Shown here in pieces: positions 34,776 to 47,872 of a stretch of 64,000 bases of DNA. Below the pieces are notes generated by a model. It worked only from the letters and a program-made list of their open reading frames with translations, had not been told where the DNA came from and did not search any database. This stretch comes from Octopus sinensis (taxonomy: Eukaryota). The stretch spans positions 5,332,001 through 5,396,000 of the forward strand of contig NC_043008.1 in NCBI RefSeq assembly GCF_006345805.1. The letters are read 5' to 3'. The first letter of the stretch is position 1. The number at the start of each line of letters is the position of its first letter. Position numbers and translations under genes: made by a program.

Positions 34776-37042
34776 TCACTAACAAATAAAACTATTTGGA
34801 AATAATGAACAAACAAATCTTATTCTCCCCTCTAAAAATTCTATATCTCATGTCAAGGCATTGTTCAGCAAAAGGCAATAATAGGTGCCATGCAATGGGA
34901 CTTAACCTAATACCAATCTTGTTAACTACACAGTCATGTCTGTGCATTTGTATTTACTTATAAGTTTTGAATGAATTCTTCAAATGAAATAAGAGAGTAA
35001 CGGTATAGATTATAGCACACTGTACTTTTGACCCATTAGAGCTATACCATAAGCTTTCTCTCTTTAGCATAGACAACTCAAAATTGAACCAAATTCAATG
35101 ACTGGCACCCGGTCGTTGCCAGTGCCGCTGGACTGACTCTTGTGCAGGTGGCAAGTAAAGAAACACCATTTTGACCCTGTGCTTGAGGAGACCTATTGAG
35201 TCAAGTACATCAACATCAAAAATCAATGAAAATTGTAGCTATGATCCCTGTGCCGGTGGCACGTAAAAAGCACCATCCGCACGTGGCTGATGCCAGCGCG
35301 GCCTTGACTGGCTTCCATGCCGGTGACACGTAAAAAGCAACAACCGATCGTGGCCGTTACTAGCCTCCACTGGCACCTGTGCCAGTGGCATGTAAAAAGC
35401 ACCATCTGTATGTGGCCGATGCCAGCGCAGCCTTGACTGGCTTCCGTGCCGGTGGCACATAAAAGGCAACAACCAATTGTGGCCATTGCCAGCCTCACCT
35501 GGAACCTGTGCCAGTGGCACATAAAAAGCACCAACTGATTGTGGCCGTTGCCAGCCTCGCCTGGCACGTAAAAAGCACCCACTACACTCACGAATTGGTT
35601 GGCGAAGGGCATCCAGCTGTAGAAACACTGCCAGATCAGACTGGAGCCTGGTGCAGCCTTCTGGCTTCCCAGACCCCGGTCGAGCTGTCCAATCCATGCT
35701 AGCATGGAAAACGGACATTTTCTGTCTACGTTTTCTGTGCTGGTGTATGTTGAATGAGATGGTATTCTATGTCCAGATGTTCTTCCTGTTGCCAAAGGTA
35801 TTTTATTCGATGATTTCACACAAACTACCAAAATTTTATTCATGTGATCACAGACAATGTCAGTAGCTGAATGGTGTCAGTGCAAAAACATGTTGATACA
35901 CACACACACAATATGCTTCTGTGGAGTTTCTATCTTCCAAATTCCTCTCACAGTGCATTGGTCATCTTGAGGTTAAAGTATATCATGCTTGTGTACGACT
36001 TACTGTGTCACTTAGGAGAACGAAAGCATGAACATTCACTCGGAAAGATGAGGATATGCTGTATTAATGTGGATGGGTAGTTGTGATACCTGTGCTGGTG
36101 GCACGTAAAAAGCACCAACCAATTGTGGCCACTACACTCACGAAGTGGTTGGCGTTAGGAAGGGCATCCAGCTGTAGAAACACTGCCAGATCAGACTGGA
36201 GCCTGGTGCAGCCTTCTGGCTTCCCAGACCCCGGTCGAACCATCCAACCCATGCTAGCATGGAAAACGGACGTTAAACGATGATGATGATGATGATATAT
36301 ATGCATTTATATACACACACACAGACACAAACACATACTTTATTAAAAAGCAGCAAAAATATCACAAAAACTGTTTCACATTCCCATTCGGCAGACAGTT
36401 TTGTTTAGAATGGAACTAAAATAAGGTTATAACCAAAAATATACAACTAGTTTGATAGATGCACATTTGTAAATGTTTTTGTTGCATTGGTGCTTTCAAC
36501 TAATGGTCTTTACAATAACTGGTTGCATGCAATAACAAAGTGTGGAATAAAATCATATTATAAAAATCGAAGAAAACCTTAAATCAAAAATAGCTTATAA
36601 AGAAGGACAGAGCCTGAATACCCAGGGTAAATAATTAGCTATAAAATATTAATCAATTATTCTGTTGTGTCTGGGGAGAGTCATTTTCTTTTTGTGCCTT
36701 ATTATTAATCAATTAATAAATTAAAAGAAATATCCATTAAAAAAACTTTTAACGTCTTGCTATAAATGGAGGGGGTGATCCAAGGTTAGACTGTGACAGA
36801 AAAGTAGGGAGGCAGAAATGCATGACTTGCTATAGAGGAGGTACATGGTAAGCCAGGGAGAGAGAGAGAGATGGTCAAGTGTGCCATAACAAAATGCACT
36901 GAGCACACCTTGTGAAGTGATTGCTGTTAAGGATCTACAGCCATAGATAACAAACCATGTCAGACTGTGGTAACCAATCCTACCCAAGACAGCATGAAAA
37001 GCAGTTACATAATAATGAGGATGAGTTCAATGCAATACATAC

Positions 37043-37095
37043 CCAATCTTTGTGTCGCTATTTCGACCGGTTGAATTATAGGTACAGCGTGCAAC
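37043..37095 (-). CDS. PAM: PAM exon f (PHM): VARCTYNSTGRNSDTKI(G)
   Basis: ttttgctag acceptor, GTATGT donor, phase 0 to 2. ARCT...T.IG motif. Confidence 0.94.
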
Positions 37096-37514
37096 CTAGC
37101 AAAATGAGACACTATTAATTGATTTATTTAATTAAATTTTTCATATGACACAACAAATAATATGCTAATGTAAAAGAACCACTTAGTCCAATAGTAATTT
37201 GGGTGCTGGCATCGTTATGAGGTTTACTTTGCAATTACATAGTTCTAAGTTCAATTCCAGAATGTACCACCTTAGGCAAGTGTTTTCTCTCCTAGTTATG
37301 TGTCAGCCCAAGCCTGGTGTGTGAGATCAGATAGATGGAAACTGTTCAAAATGCCTGTTAGGTTAGCTTTAGTAGTTCTTGTGTGGTAGACTTAATCAGT
37401 TATCAACTTGAACCCCACCACCTGGTCCTTCATTGGCCTTATCAGAGTTCATGTTGTTGCAAGTATTTGAAGAAGGTTTCCTGTCTGAAGCTAATCTATT
37501 TATGGCGGTTTCTT

Positions 37515-38100
37515 CTTTTACTCTATCACCGGTCTGGAACCCCTATCTTGCCCAGGATATTAATCGTCTGGAAGCCGTTCAGCGACGTGCAACCAAGAGA
37601 ATACCCTCCATCAGGCATTTGCCATATTCTGAACGCCTTACTTCCCTGGGCATGGATACATTGAAACTCCGACGTCTGGCAGCTGACTCGGTAGACACCC
37701 ATAAAATTATTAACCATCTTACAAACAATAACTCTGAGCACCTTTTCAAACTCCACCCATCTAACACCCGTGGACATATTTACAAAGTCAGAAAACAGCA
37801 CAGCTCCCATGACTTTCGGAAACATTTTTCCACGCTAAGAGTTGCTGAAGCATGGAACAGACTGCCGGCATCAGTTGTTAGTTGTCAGAGTACTGCATCC
37901 TTCAAAACTTCCATGCTTCCTGAGATTCGCCAACACAACACCTGATTTTCTCCCCTCCATACACACGCAAACATGTATCCGACTCATACACTGTTCCCTT
38001 TCCAGACATTTGTACATTACTGCATATGCTTTATACGCACTTTTTGACAAGTTGTGATGCACCTGAGCACTGTATACAATAAATTTCACTATTATTATTT
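37515..38100 (+). mobile_element. CR1-clade LINE 3' fragment
   Basis: ORF 37433..37945 (SPVWNPYL...LEAVQRRATK...LPYSERL...TRGH...WNRLP); (ATT)n tail. Confidence 0.92.
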
Positions 38101-38279
38101 TATCCTTCTGAAAGGGCTGGGAAAGGTCATAGTCAGAGACGAAGAGCTGAGCTTGAGTCCTGAAAACTTTACTCTTTTAAATTGTTTTCATCTAGATGGG
38201 TTTTCAAATTGTTACAACTAATTTCTTTTCTCTGTTCTAGTTCCTACTTTGATTTATCAAACAAAAGTTCTGGAAGGCA

Positions 38280-38937
38280 CGCCTCACCAAGGCAATGACC
38301 AGTGACCGGGACCTCTGGAAATATGCAGTGCTGCAGAAGACTCGGCAAGCGCAAGTGTGACCATAACCTTGTGGCCTATGCTAGGGGTGTAACCAATCCA
38401 CTTATGCGTGCCTTTCTTCAATGGACACTAAACTCTGCTTGCGAAGACCAGCTGAGGTAAGTGAAATTGAAGTCGAAATCAAACTCGGTGACTGGCATCC
38501 GTTGCTAGTGGAGCGCTAAGAGTACCATACGAGTGAGATCATTGCCAGAGCAACAAGCTGGCCTTCGTGCCGATAGCACGTTAAACACACCATTCGAGTG
38601 TGATCGTTACCGTGTCGCCTTACTAGCCCTTTTGCTGGTGGCATGTGAAACATTCGAGCGAGGACGTCGCCAGTACTGCTGGACTGGCTCCTGTGCAGGT
38701 GGCACATAAAAAGCACCATTTGGGCGTGGCTGTTGCCAGTACCACCAAACTGGCCCTCGTGCCGGTGGCATGTAAAAGCACCCAGTACACGCTCAGAGTT
38801 GTTGGCATTAGGAAGGGCATCCAGCTGTAGAAACTCTGCCAGATCAGATTGGAGTCTGATTCGCCCAACCTCAGTCAAATCGTCCAGCCCATGCTAGCAT
38901 GGAAAGCGGACGTTAAATGATGATGATGATGATGATT
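38280..38937 (+). mobile_element. RTE family A 3' end
   Basis: End of RT, modular 3'UTR and (GAT)n tail, ending about 25 nt inside the intron after exon e. Confidence 0.88.
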
Positions 38938-38962
38938 GTTTCAAAGAGAGAGCTATAATTAC

Positions 38963-39013
38963 CACAGTGTCATTTCTTTCGATTTTGATTCTTCTCTCAA
39001 TGGGATAAAAGGC
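38963..39013 (-). CDS. PAM: PAM exon e (PHM): AFYPIERRIKIERNDTV
   Basis: attttacag acceptor, GTAATT donor, phase 0 to 0. Completes the PQAFYP motif. Confidence 0.93.
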
Positions 39014-40004
39014 CTGTAAAATAATAAATGACAGTTTTTAGCTGACTGAAACAGAATCAAGACATTGTGTTTGTGTTTACATTGAAATAATCCATCTCTT
39101 GGCAACAAGATAAAAGTGTGTTAAAATCCAAAAAATATTGGCACTAGGTTGCTAAGTAGTGAATCATTTAGCAAATCATTAGCAAATACTGCACCTGGTT
39201 CAGCAGGAGATAACGAATAAGACCATTAAAAAGCAACATTTACCTGTACACACTTTCCTCCTTTCTCTATTTCTTTCACACATACACACAAAAAATTTCA
39301 TCCGATTACAAGAAATAATCTATGTATAAACCATATAAGACAATACACTGGACAATGAATAAGAGTTATAAGGAGTAACTTGCTAATTATATTCCAGAGG
39401 AGGCTTATAACAAACAATGTATAACCAATAACCAATATTATACACCCAATTTATGTATAATTAATTATGTATAATTAAAAAATGGATTCTTTCTAGGAGC
39501 TCTTACTAGACATGGTTTCATTTCAAGAATTTGCTAAAAGTAATTATAAGCTAGATTAATGAATTATTTTTCTGTGAAATCCTAGTCACTGGTATTCAGA
39601 AAACTATATTGCAGTTAAAAAAAAAATTAAACTGTTCATGATTATCATCATTGAACGTCCGCTTTCGAATCTTTTCACACATGCCACCAGCACAGGTGCC
39701 AGTAAGGCGACGTTGGTAACGATCACACTCGAATGGTGCCCTTTTACGTGCCACTGGCACCGAGCCAGTTGGCTACTCTGGCAATGATTACACTCAGATG
39801 GTGCTCTTGGCACCCTACTAGCACGGGCACAAGTGCCAGTAAGGCGACGCTGGTAATGATCACACTCGAATGGTGCTCTTTTATGTTGTATTTATTTAAT
39901 TCATTTTTTTAAAAATTAGTCTTATGTAATGCCGTATTTTCTTGCATACAAGTTGAATTTTTCAAACCAAAACTTAAAGCCAAGCAAGGTAGGTTGACCT
40001 ACAT

Positions 40005-40900
40005 ACCAAAACAACTTTGGAAGGCCAAAGGGATGAGGCCATTAACAGACACTGGACCTTCAATAACATCGACATAAACATCAAATTTGAAATTGAACAT
40101 CCACATAAATCTGGAACCCTCTCCCTACTCAACTTTCAACTCAGGATCACAGAGGAAAGTTCCATATTTACCAACATCTACAGAAAAGCCGCTAGCAGAA
40201 AACGTTTCATTCACTACCAATCAGCCTTACCCACCAGAGCCAAAGCCGCATACATGAGAAACGAGACTGCGTGTATAAACAACAATTGCAGCGAAGTGAC
40301 CAACAAAGTTGTCGACACCAAGCAGTTCTTCAGAGACCTAACCCTAAACAGCTCCCCACCATCTTTAGCCAAACAATGGCACCTAAAAAACCCTGGAAGA
40401 ACCCTCATACTTCCAAGTCTGGCACATGCTTCCTAAAGCTACCACATTTTGACAACAGAATTACTGCAGCGATACAACACACAGTCCACAAAGAAGGGCT
40501 CAACATACAGATAGTGCACACTGGCCCATCCCTGAGAAAAGCTCTGTCCACAAACAACACCTTTCACTACTCCGAAGAGTGTACGTTATCAAACTGCTCC
40601 ATCAATGACCCTGAAATGTGTTAGAGGACCAATGATGTATACGAGATCATCTGTGGCAAATGTGGCACGTTCCACATAGGAAGTACAAGAAAACTGCATG
40701 CATGCATAACAGAACATATGCAGGCTGACACCTCTGTGAAGAAACATCTGTAGAAATGCCAGACCCAAGAATTCACATTGCACATCAGGGCAACACAACG
40801 CAACAGGGGCAACCTTAGAATCTCCGAGGCCATCCTCATTCACCAAAGGAAACCAACCATCAACAGCAGAAGAGAGTTACAAGAGGCTAGCTGGTAGCTA
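40005..40900 (+). mobile_element. Penelope-like element relic (RT C-terminus + GIY-YIG endonuclease)
   Basis: KFEIEH...LSLLNF...YRK...FIHYQSA (ORF 40017..40436), LKLPH...C...C (40271..40624), then VYEIICGKCGTFHIGSTR...EH...EAILI..KPTIN, with stops and frameshifts. Confidence 0.85.
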
Positions 40901-41794
40901 TAGCAAATACTTTCTGTGCATGTCCACTCCACACACACACACATCTGCAACATTCGTTAATTTCTTAAGGATGGGGTCATAACCCTGAAATATTGAATGC
41001 AAGGTAAGCCTACATTAATTCATATATTTGTTTTCTTGGGATTTGCCTTGCTTTTACCTTTACCTTGCATTGTTTTGGCCTTACTCATGGTCCTTTATAC
41101 AATATGTATATATACATAACCGTGCTAGCAGGGTGCAAAGAGCTCCATACGAGCGTGTTCATTGACAGAACGGCTAACTGGCTTCCATGCCTGTGGCACA
41201 TAAAAGGTACCATTTGAGTGTGATCGTTACCAGCGTCGCCTTACCGGCACTTGTGCCCGTGCTAGTAGGGTGCCAAGAGCACCACTTGAGCGTGATCGTT
41301 ACCAGCATCGCCTTACTGGCACCTGTGCCGGTGGCATGTGTAAAAAGATTCGAGCGAGGTCATTGCCAGTACCGCCTGACTGGCCCCCGTGCCAGTGGCA
41401 CGTAAAAGCACCCACTACACTCTCGGAGTGGTTGGCGTTAGGAAGGGTATCCAGCTGTAGAAACTCTGCCAGATCAAGACTGGAGCCTGGTGCAGCCATC
41501 TGGTTCACCAGCCCTCAGTCAAACCATCCAATCCATGCTAGCATGGAAAGCGTACATTAAACGATGATGATGATGATACGTATGTATGTACGTACATACA
41601 TACGTACATATATATCATGAACTAACTGTTACTTTCTCAGATGCAGCATGGAATTTTGTCAGTGAAATGGCTGCGGTCTCAAAACAATGGAAATATTTTG
41701 GCAAATTAAATTTAAATGTTCAAGCAAATCTAACGGTTTTTTTGTGTTTCTTTAATGGCTTATAAACACCTTCCACGCTGCAATTGCTTTCATG

Positions 41795-42657
41795 GATCTT
41801 TTCCCTTTGAACAGCAGATCGAGAAATTAATTTTTTGTAACTAAACACTTTCACACTTTGGACACTGGTAGAATGTGTCATATGAAACATCTTTTACTCT
41901 TAGCGGTTTTGAGAAAAGTTTATATTTACGAAGTTATTTCGTGTTAAAGTTGTCACATTTCGGTAATTTCAACCAATCAATGACGTGTATTCAGCTGAAT
42001 AAAATTACTGCCATTGTTTGTCAACAACAACTTCTGATGGTGTATATTTCATTTGTCACTGTTATTTATGATATCGTTTGTGCATTTGCACTGGTTTTAG
42101 CTTTTAGGTTTTAGGGTTAGGATTAGGGTTTTATGGTTAGGATTGAAGTTTTAGGGTTAGGGTTGGTGTTTTAGGGTTAGAGTTACGGAAAAAAATGAAA
42201 AATGAAGGTAGGAGTGGAGGGGTAGGAGTGGCAAAAAAGTCTTTCCACAAATAGTAGCTGAAAAACAGGAAAACAAAAACTAAAAGCTGTAGAAATGCAC
42301 AAACGATTATGATGGTGCCATGAAGTAAACAGGCTTCAGATACACTCATTTATTCATACGAACATAACTGAGATGAAATATGTCGTAAATTACAGTGACA
42401 ATAAAATTGAATAAAATTACTGCTGTTGTTGACAAACAACAGCAGTAATTTTATTCAGCTGAATACACGTCATTGATTGGTTGAAATTACCAAAATACAA
42501 CTTTAACACGAAATAACTTCATAAATATAAACTTTTCTCAAAAACGCTAAGAGTAAAAGAAGTTTTATATGATACATTCTACCTGTATACGAAGTTTGAA
42601 AGGGTTTAGTTGCAAAAAATTGTTTTTTAAATCTGCCGGTCAAAAAGTTAAAGATCC
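41795..42657. repeat. Long-TIR foldback element with an internal degenerate (TTAGGG)n tract
   Basis: Arms about 41795-42065 and 42370-42657; ttagggttag repeats at about 42105-42185. Confidence 0.88.
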
Positions 42658-43439
42658 GTTTTCGTTCCAGCACACAATCTCAGATCAGGTCACTTGCTAT
42701 GCAAGTACATATCTGTAATATATATATATTTTTTATGCCAAACTTGGTCCATGGGGTTGTAGATTCACAAGTTTGTGTATGTATGTATGTATTCTGTGAA
42801 TCATGTGGCACCATAACTAAGTACAATACACATATATCTGTGTAATGAGGGACTGCAATATAAGTTTATGAGGGCATATGTCCTTTATGCATAATGTTGT
42901 TATAATGCATATAATTGATGTTCAGAGAAAACAACTTATCAAAGTGGAGGGATGGCAGAGTGGTAGGTGAATAGGAGTCAGGCTTGAAATTTGGAGTATG
43001 AATTGTTGCTTGTGCATGCAGGGGGAGATTTCCTTCCTAATGTTTAAAATGTTCACTGTTGGTGTTATGATAGTTAGTGTTACAGTGGTAACAATTAGGA
43101 TTTTCTTATAAGTTATCTCCCATGATCTGTATGTTTATTTATCCCAAAATCTAGTACACTCTGAAGTAGTTTCATGTATTCTCATCTAATATGGAGACAA
43201 GTACCAACATTCCATATAGCAGGCTTGATAATTGGTGAGAGGTTTCTCTCAACATGAAACCAACAGTAGCCTTGTTAACCTACCAGCCAAGTTCCTAGAC
43301 TGGGTGATGCATTGTGTTCTTGTGCAAAACACTTCACCTCACATTTATGCAGGTCATTTGGCAAAAGCTGAACACTCGTACATCATCTTCAACAGGAGAG
43401 AGTCCGTCATATATATTTGTGTGTCTGTGTAAATGTATA

Positions 43440-44092
43440 TTATATATACATGGATGGATGAGGAGAGATGTGTGAAGAAGTGCCAGTCCCAAACCGTTGA
43501 AGGAATCCGGGGTAGAGGTAGACCCAGAAAGACATGGGATGAGGTGGTCAAGCATGACCTTTGAATGTTGGGCCTCACAGAGGCAATGACAAAAGACCGA
43601 GACCTCTGGAGATATGCTGTGACTGCAAAAACCCGACAAATAACGTGAGTTCATGGCTGTTCCTGCACGAGCTTCACATAGAAGCCCCAGCCCATCCAAA
43701 GTACCTTGGATCACAGGGCGGCCTGCTGTGCTTGAGGAGACTTATTGAGTCAAGTACATCAACATCAAAAAATCAAATGGAAATTGCAGTTGTGATACCT
43801 GTGCCGGTGACACGTAAAAAGCACCATCTGAACGTGGCCGATGCCAGCGTCGCCTTGACTGGCTTCCGTGCTGGTGGCACGTAAAAAGCACCAATCGATT
43901 GTGAGCATTGCCAGCCTCCCCTGGCACATAGCAAGCACCCATTACACTCTCAGAGTGATTGGCATTAGGAAGGGCATCCAGCTGTAGAAACACTGACTGG
44001 AGCCTGGTGTAGCCTCCTGGATTTCCAGACCCCGGTTGAACCGTCCAACCCGTGCTAGCATGAAAAACAAACGATGATGATGATGATGATGA
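43440..44092 (+). mobile_element. RTE family A 3' end (subtype B UTR)
   Basis: GRGRPRKTW-coding end, UTR modules, (GAT)n. Confidence 0.88.
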
Positions 44093-44193
44093 TATATATA
44101 TATAGATTCAGATGAATATGGTACTTAAGTTAAAGGCACCAGAATTTGGTATGGTATTATCCATATAAATCAAATGGGGTGATTATAATCAAA

Positions 44194-44466
44194 ATAAGCA
44201 ACAAGGATATCCAAGGTAGTGTAGTACAATCGTTTCATGCTACTTCATTTTATTAAACAATGTAAGTATTACATCAATTTTAAAATGTAGAGCAATCTCC
44301 AGCCACATATAGAATAAAAATGTGCATTGTCTATTTAATTTTTAAAATTCTATGTGGCCGAAGATTGCTCTACATTTTAAAATTGATGTAAAACTTACAT
44401 TGTTTAATAAAATGAAGTAGCATGAAATGATTGTACTACACTACCTTGGATATCCTTGTTGCTTAT
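44194..44466. repeat. Foldback MITE-like element, 273 bp
   Basis: ataagcaacaaggatatccaaggtagtgtagtac...gtactacactaccttggatatccttgttgcttat; arms about 120 bp. Confidence 0.9.
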
Positions 44467-44467
44467 A

Positions 44468-44511
<44 letters not shown>

Positions 44512-44842
44512 TTTCAATGATGGCAACGGGGTCAGAAGGATATTTTCCAGTACTGCATCACTTTTGTCATCTAATAAACACGCATACACACACCAAATTA
44601 ACAATCAGTGGAGGTGAATGTCATGTTTTAGGAGGGGAGGGGCTGCAGAAGAAGGTTTATATTTTATGAATGAATATCTTTCCTATCTTGAACCATTTTA
44701 CAGCATTGATAGCAAGCATTTCGTCCCATTACCAACACATGCATATCAAATATAAACATGAATTCAGAAGTTATTTTGAGGTTTCTATAAAAACACTTTT
44801 CCTTGGTAATAATGAAAGAGTTAAAAGAAGAATTAGACTTAC

Positions 44843-44916
44843 TTGAGGCCAATGTGGATTACTTTTCCCGATCAATGTCCAGCTGCCATTGAACTTATAA
44901 GCACTTACCACTCTTG
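44843..44916 (-). CDS. PAM: PAM exon d (PHM): RVVSAYKFNGSWTLIGKSNPHWPQ
   Basis: ctgtttcag acceptor, GTAAGT donor, phase 1 to 0. Matches VVSGY...W..IG...PQ. Confidence 0.94.
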
Positions 44917-44956
44917 CTGAAACAGTGAAAAAGATGTCAATTTTACTATGAACCCT

Positions 44957-45305
44957 TTCATTATAATAATAATAATGAAATTATTGTATATAGTGCTCAG
45001 GTGCATCACAACTTGTCAAAAGTGCGTATAAAGAATATGCAGTAATGTACAAATGTCTGGAAAGGGAACAGTGTATGAGTCAGATACATTCTTGCGTGTG
45101 TATGGAGGGGAGAAAATCAGGTGTAGTGTTGGCAAATCTCAGGAATCATGGAAGTTTTGAAGGATGCAGTGGTCCGACAACTACCAACTGATGCCGGCAG
45201 TTTGTTCCATGCTTCAGCAACTCTTAGTGTGAAAACATGTTTCCGAAAGTCATGGGAGCTGTGCTGTTTTCTGACTTTGTAAACATGTACACGGGTGTTA
45301 GACAG
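44957..45305 (-). mobile_element. CR1 3' fragment
   Basis: Reverse complement of the 37.8-38.1 kb end, with (AAT)n at 44957. Confidence 0.9.
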
Positions 45306-45429
45306 ATGGTATTTCTAATGAGATACGCTGCCTTTATTTTAATTGATTTGGAGAATAATGACAAATTTAGTAAAATAATTGTCATTATTAACACTTTTGA
45401 TACTAACCTACCCGAGACTACCCCTGGAT

Positions 45430-45660
45430 TCCATTGATAATCACAAAGTTATTTTATCTGCACTCGGTCTGCTTAGGAGGTTGTTGTGTCCTAGCATATG
45501 CGCTGCTTCTTTCAGTTTTCGCATTTTCCAGTGGTGTTCTCTGTCTATTATTTTCACTTCATCCCACAGGGGGAGGTGGTTTCCATTTTCCCTTACATGA
45601 TCAGCTATACCCGATTTATCAATATCTCCTTGTGTCACAGCTTTGCGATGTTTGTCAACG
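45430..45660 (-). mobile_element. Second Penelope-like GIY-YIG C-terminal fragment
   Basis: ORF 45441..45791: KSGIADHV...H.P.WDEVKIIDREHHWKMRKLKEAAH. Confidence 0.75.
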
Positions 45661-47004
45661 TTAAATGTTGTGTTCAACAACATTAAACGTTGTGTTAACA
45701 ACAAACAAGATGAGGACAAATATCTGTCGAATGTAAATAATGTACATAATTCATCTCTTAAATATAGAACTGCTTGGAAATGTTTGTACATGCCCAGTGT
45801 CAGATTGGGAAGAAATTGGCAACAAAGTTTGCAGCTTTATTTGCAGAAGTGTTGCTTGCAAAAACATCTTGGTTGGATCTTCAAAGTTAGTAAACATGTT
45901 CCTACATGGCACAAGAAAGCCAAGTTGTAATTTAACTGAGAAGGTGAGTGCTTGCACAGCAATAGGGAGGAGGAGGTTGCCTCAAGGCTGATGATGGAAT
46001 AAAGGCAGAATATTTTAGCACAGTTAGAGTAAAAAAAGGGCTAAGCTGATGCTTAGAACACAAATCAAACAGAAATTCTGAGGAAAGATTGTAATTTCGA
46101 CCAATGTAAAATTGGAAGATTGAAACACAAAACTAAAGGCAGTATCAGATTGGTTGATATCAAGAGGTTAAAAGGACAGACAAGCATCAATATTATTGAT
46201 TTAATATACTTTTACTGGCTTCAGTCCATGAACTGCAACCACGCTGGAACAGTTGTCTTAAAAGGTTTTAGTTGCTTTGTCTCTAACCATACGAGTGTGA
46301 TCGTTGACAGAGCGGCTAACCGGCTTCCGTGCCGGTGGCACATAAAAGGGCGCCATTCGAGTGTGATCGTTACCAGCGTCGCCTTACTGGCACTTGTGCC
46401 CGTGCTAGTAGGGTGCCAAGAGCACCATCCGAGCATGATCATTTCCAGAGCAGCCAACTGGCTTCCATGCCGGTGGCATGTAAAAGGGCACCATTCGAGC
46501 ATGATCGTTACCAACGTCGCCTTACTGGCACCTGTGCTGGTGGCATGTGTAAAAAGATTCGAGCGAGATCATTGCCAGTATCGTCTGACTGGCCCCCATG
46601 CTGCTGGCACGTAAAAACCACCCACTACACTCTCGGAGTGGTTGGCGTTAGGAAGGGCATCCAGCTGTAGAAACTCTGCCAGATCAAGATTGGAGCCTGA
46701 TGTGGCCATCTGGTTCTCCAGCCCTCAGTCAAAATCGTCCAACCCATGCTAGCATGGAAAGCGGACGTTAAACGATGATGATGATGTACTAAAAAAACAA
46801 AGCTAACTGTGCCATAAAGGACATAACTTGTATGGACAAAACAACAAGAGATTTGTTTGATGCACCAATTTTGTCACCCTCACCAATACCTATACACACA
46901 CACACACACACATGAACATGTGTGTGTGCGTGTGCTTCTTTTATTTAGTTGCCAATTATCAAATTTCACTTGCAAGGTTTTGGTTAATCCAAGGATAAAG
47001 TATA

Positions 47005-47230
47005 TTTCTTTACTACCCACAAGGAGCTAAACACAGAGGGAACAAACAAGGACAGACAAATGGATTTAGTCGATTATATCGACCCCAGTGTGTAACTGGT
47101 ACTTAATTTATCGACCTCGAAAGGATGAAAGGCAAAGCCAACCTTGGTGGAATTTGAACTCAGAACGTAACGGCAGACGAAATACGGCTACGCATTTCAC
47201 CCGGCGTGCTAACATTTCTGCCAGCTCACG
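47005..47230 (-). mobile_element. Third tRNA-derived SINE family (second copy at 18778-18985)
   Basis: Two near-identical copies; minus-strand head ctggcagaa..ttagcacgccggg...ctgagttcaaattcc. Confidence 0.8.
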
Positions 47231-47499
47231 CAATCAGATTGAACCCATAACCACATAGTTGTGAAATGAACTGCTTAATAACACCTATACCTGCACTCAT
47301 GTCTTATTAAAAACCAAAAAAAAGAGTTATTGAATATTAAATTACTATTGTGTTTGGTTCATTTGTAATCCATCTTCAAAAGAAGTTTTCATTTTAAGAG
47401 ATTCAGAGAAATTCATCTTTTCGCAGTTTAACATTACTGAAATTTTAAGCTTAAAACTAGTCTTTGCTACAATGTCCAAATCCACCAGTTTTAAAACTC

Positions 47500-47872
47500 T
47501 TTCACTTGTTTCAGCCATTTGACTGCGGCCATGCTAGAGCACTGCCTTTAGTCGAGCAAATCGACCCCAGGACTTATTCTTTGTAAGCCTAATACTTATT
47601 CTATTTGCCAAACCGCTAAGTTACAGGGACATAAACACACCAGCATCGGTTGTCAAGTGATGTTGAGGGGACAAACACACACCTATATATACATATACAT
47701 ATATACAACGGGTTTCTTTCAGTTTCCATCTACCAAATCCACTCACAAGGCTTTGGTCGGCTCAAGGCTATAGTAGAAGACACTTGCCCAAGGTGCCACA
47801 CAGTGGGACTGAACCCGGAACCATATGGTCGGTAAGCAAGCCACTTACCACACAGCCACTCCTGCGCCTATG
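47500..47872 (-). mobile_element. Same SINE family as 25896-26300
   Basis: Collinear reverse complement. Confidence 0.85.

Noticed and set aside
35240-35600. CRISPR array (conserved palindromic repeat plus spacers)
   Set aside because: The spacers are homologous to each other and recur in dozens of dispersed copies attached to RTE RT ends. There are no cas genes and the context is eukaryotic intron.
42105-42185. True telomere or chromosome fusion point
   Set aside because: The tract is short, degenerate, single-orientation and enclosed within a foldback element inside an intron.
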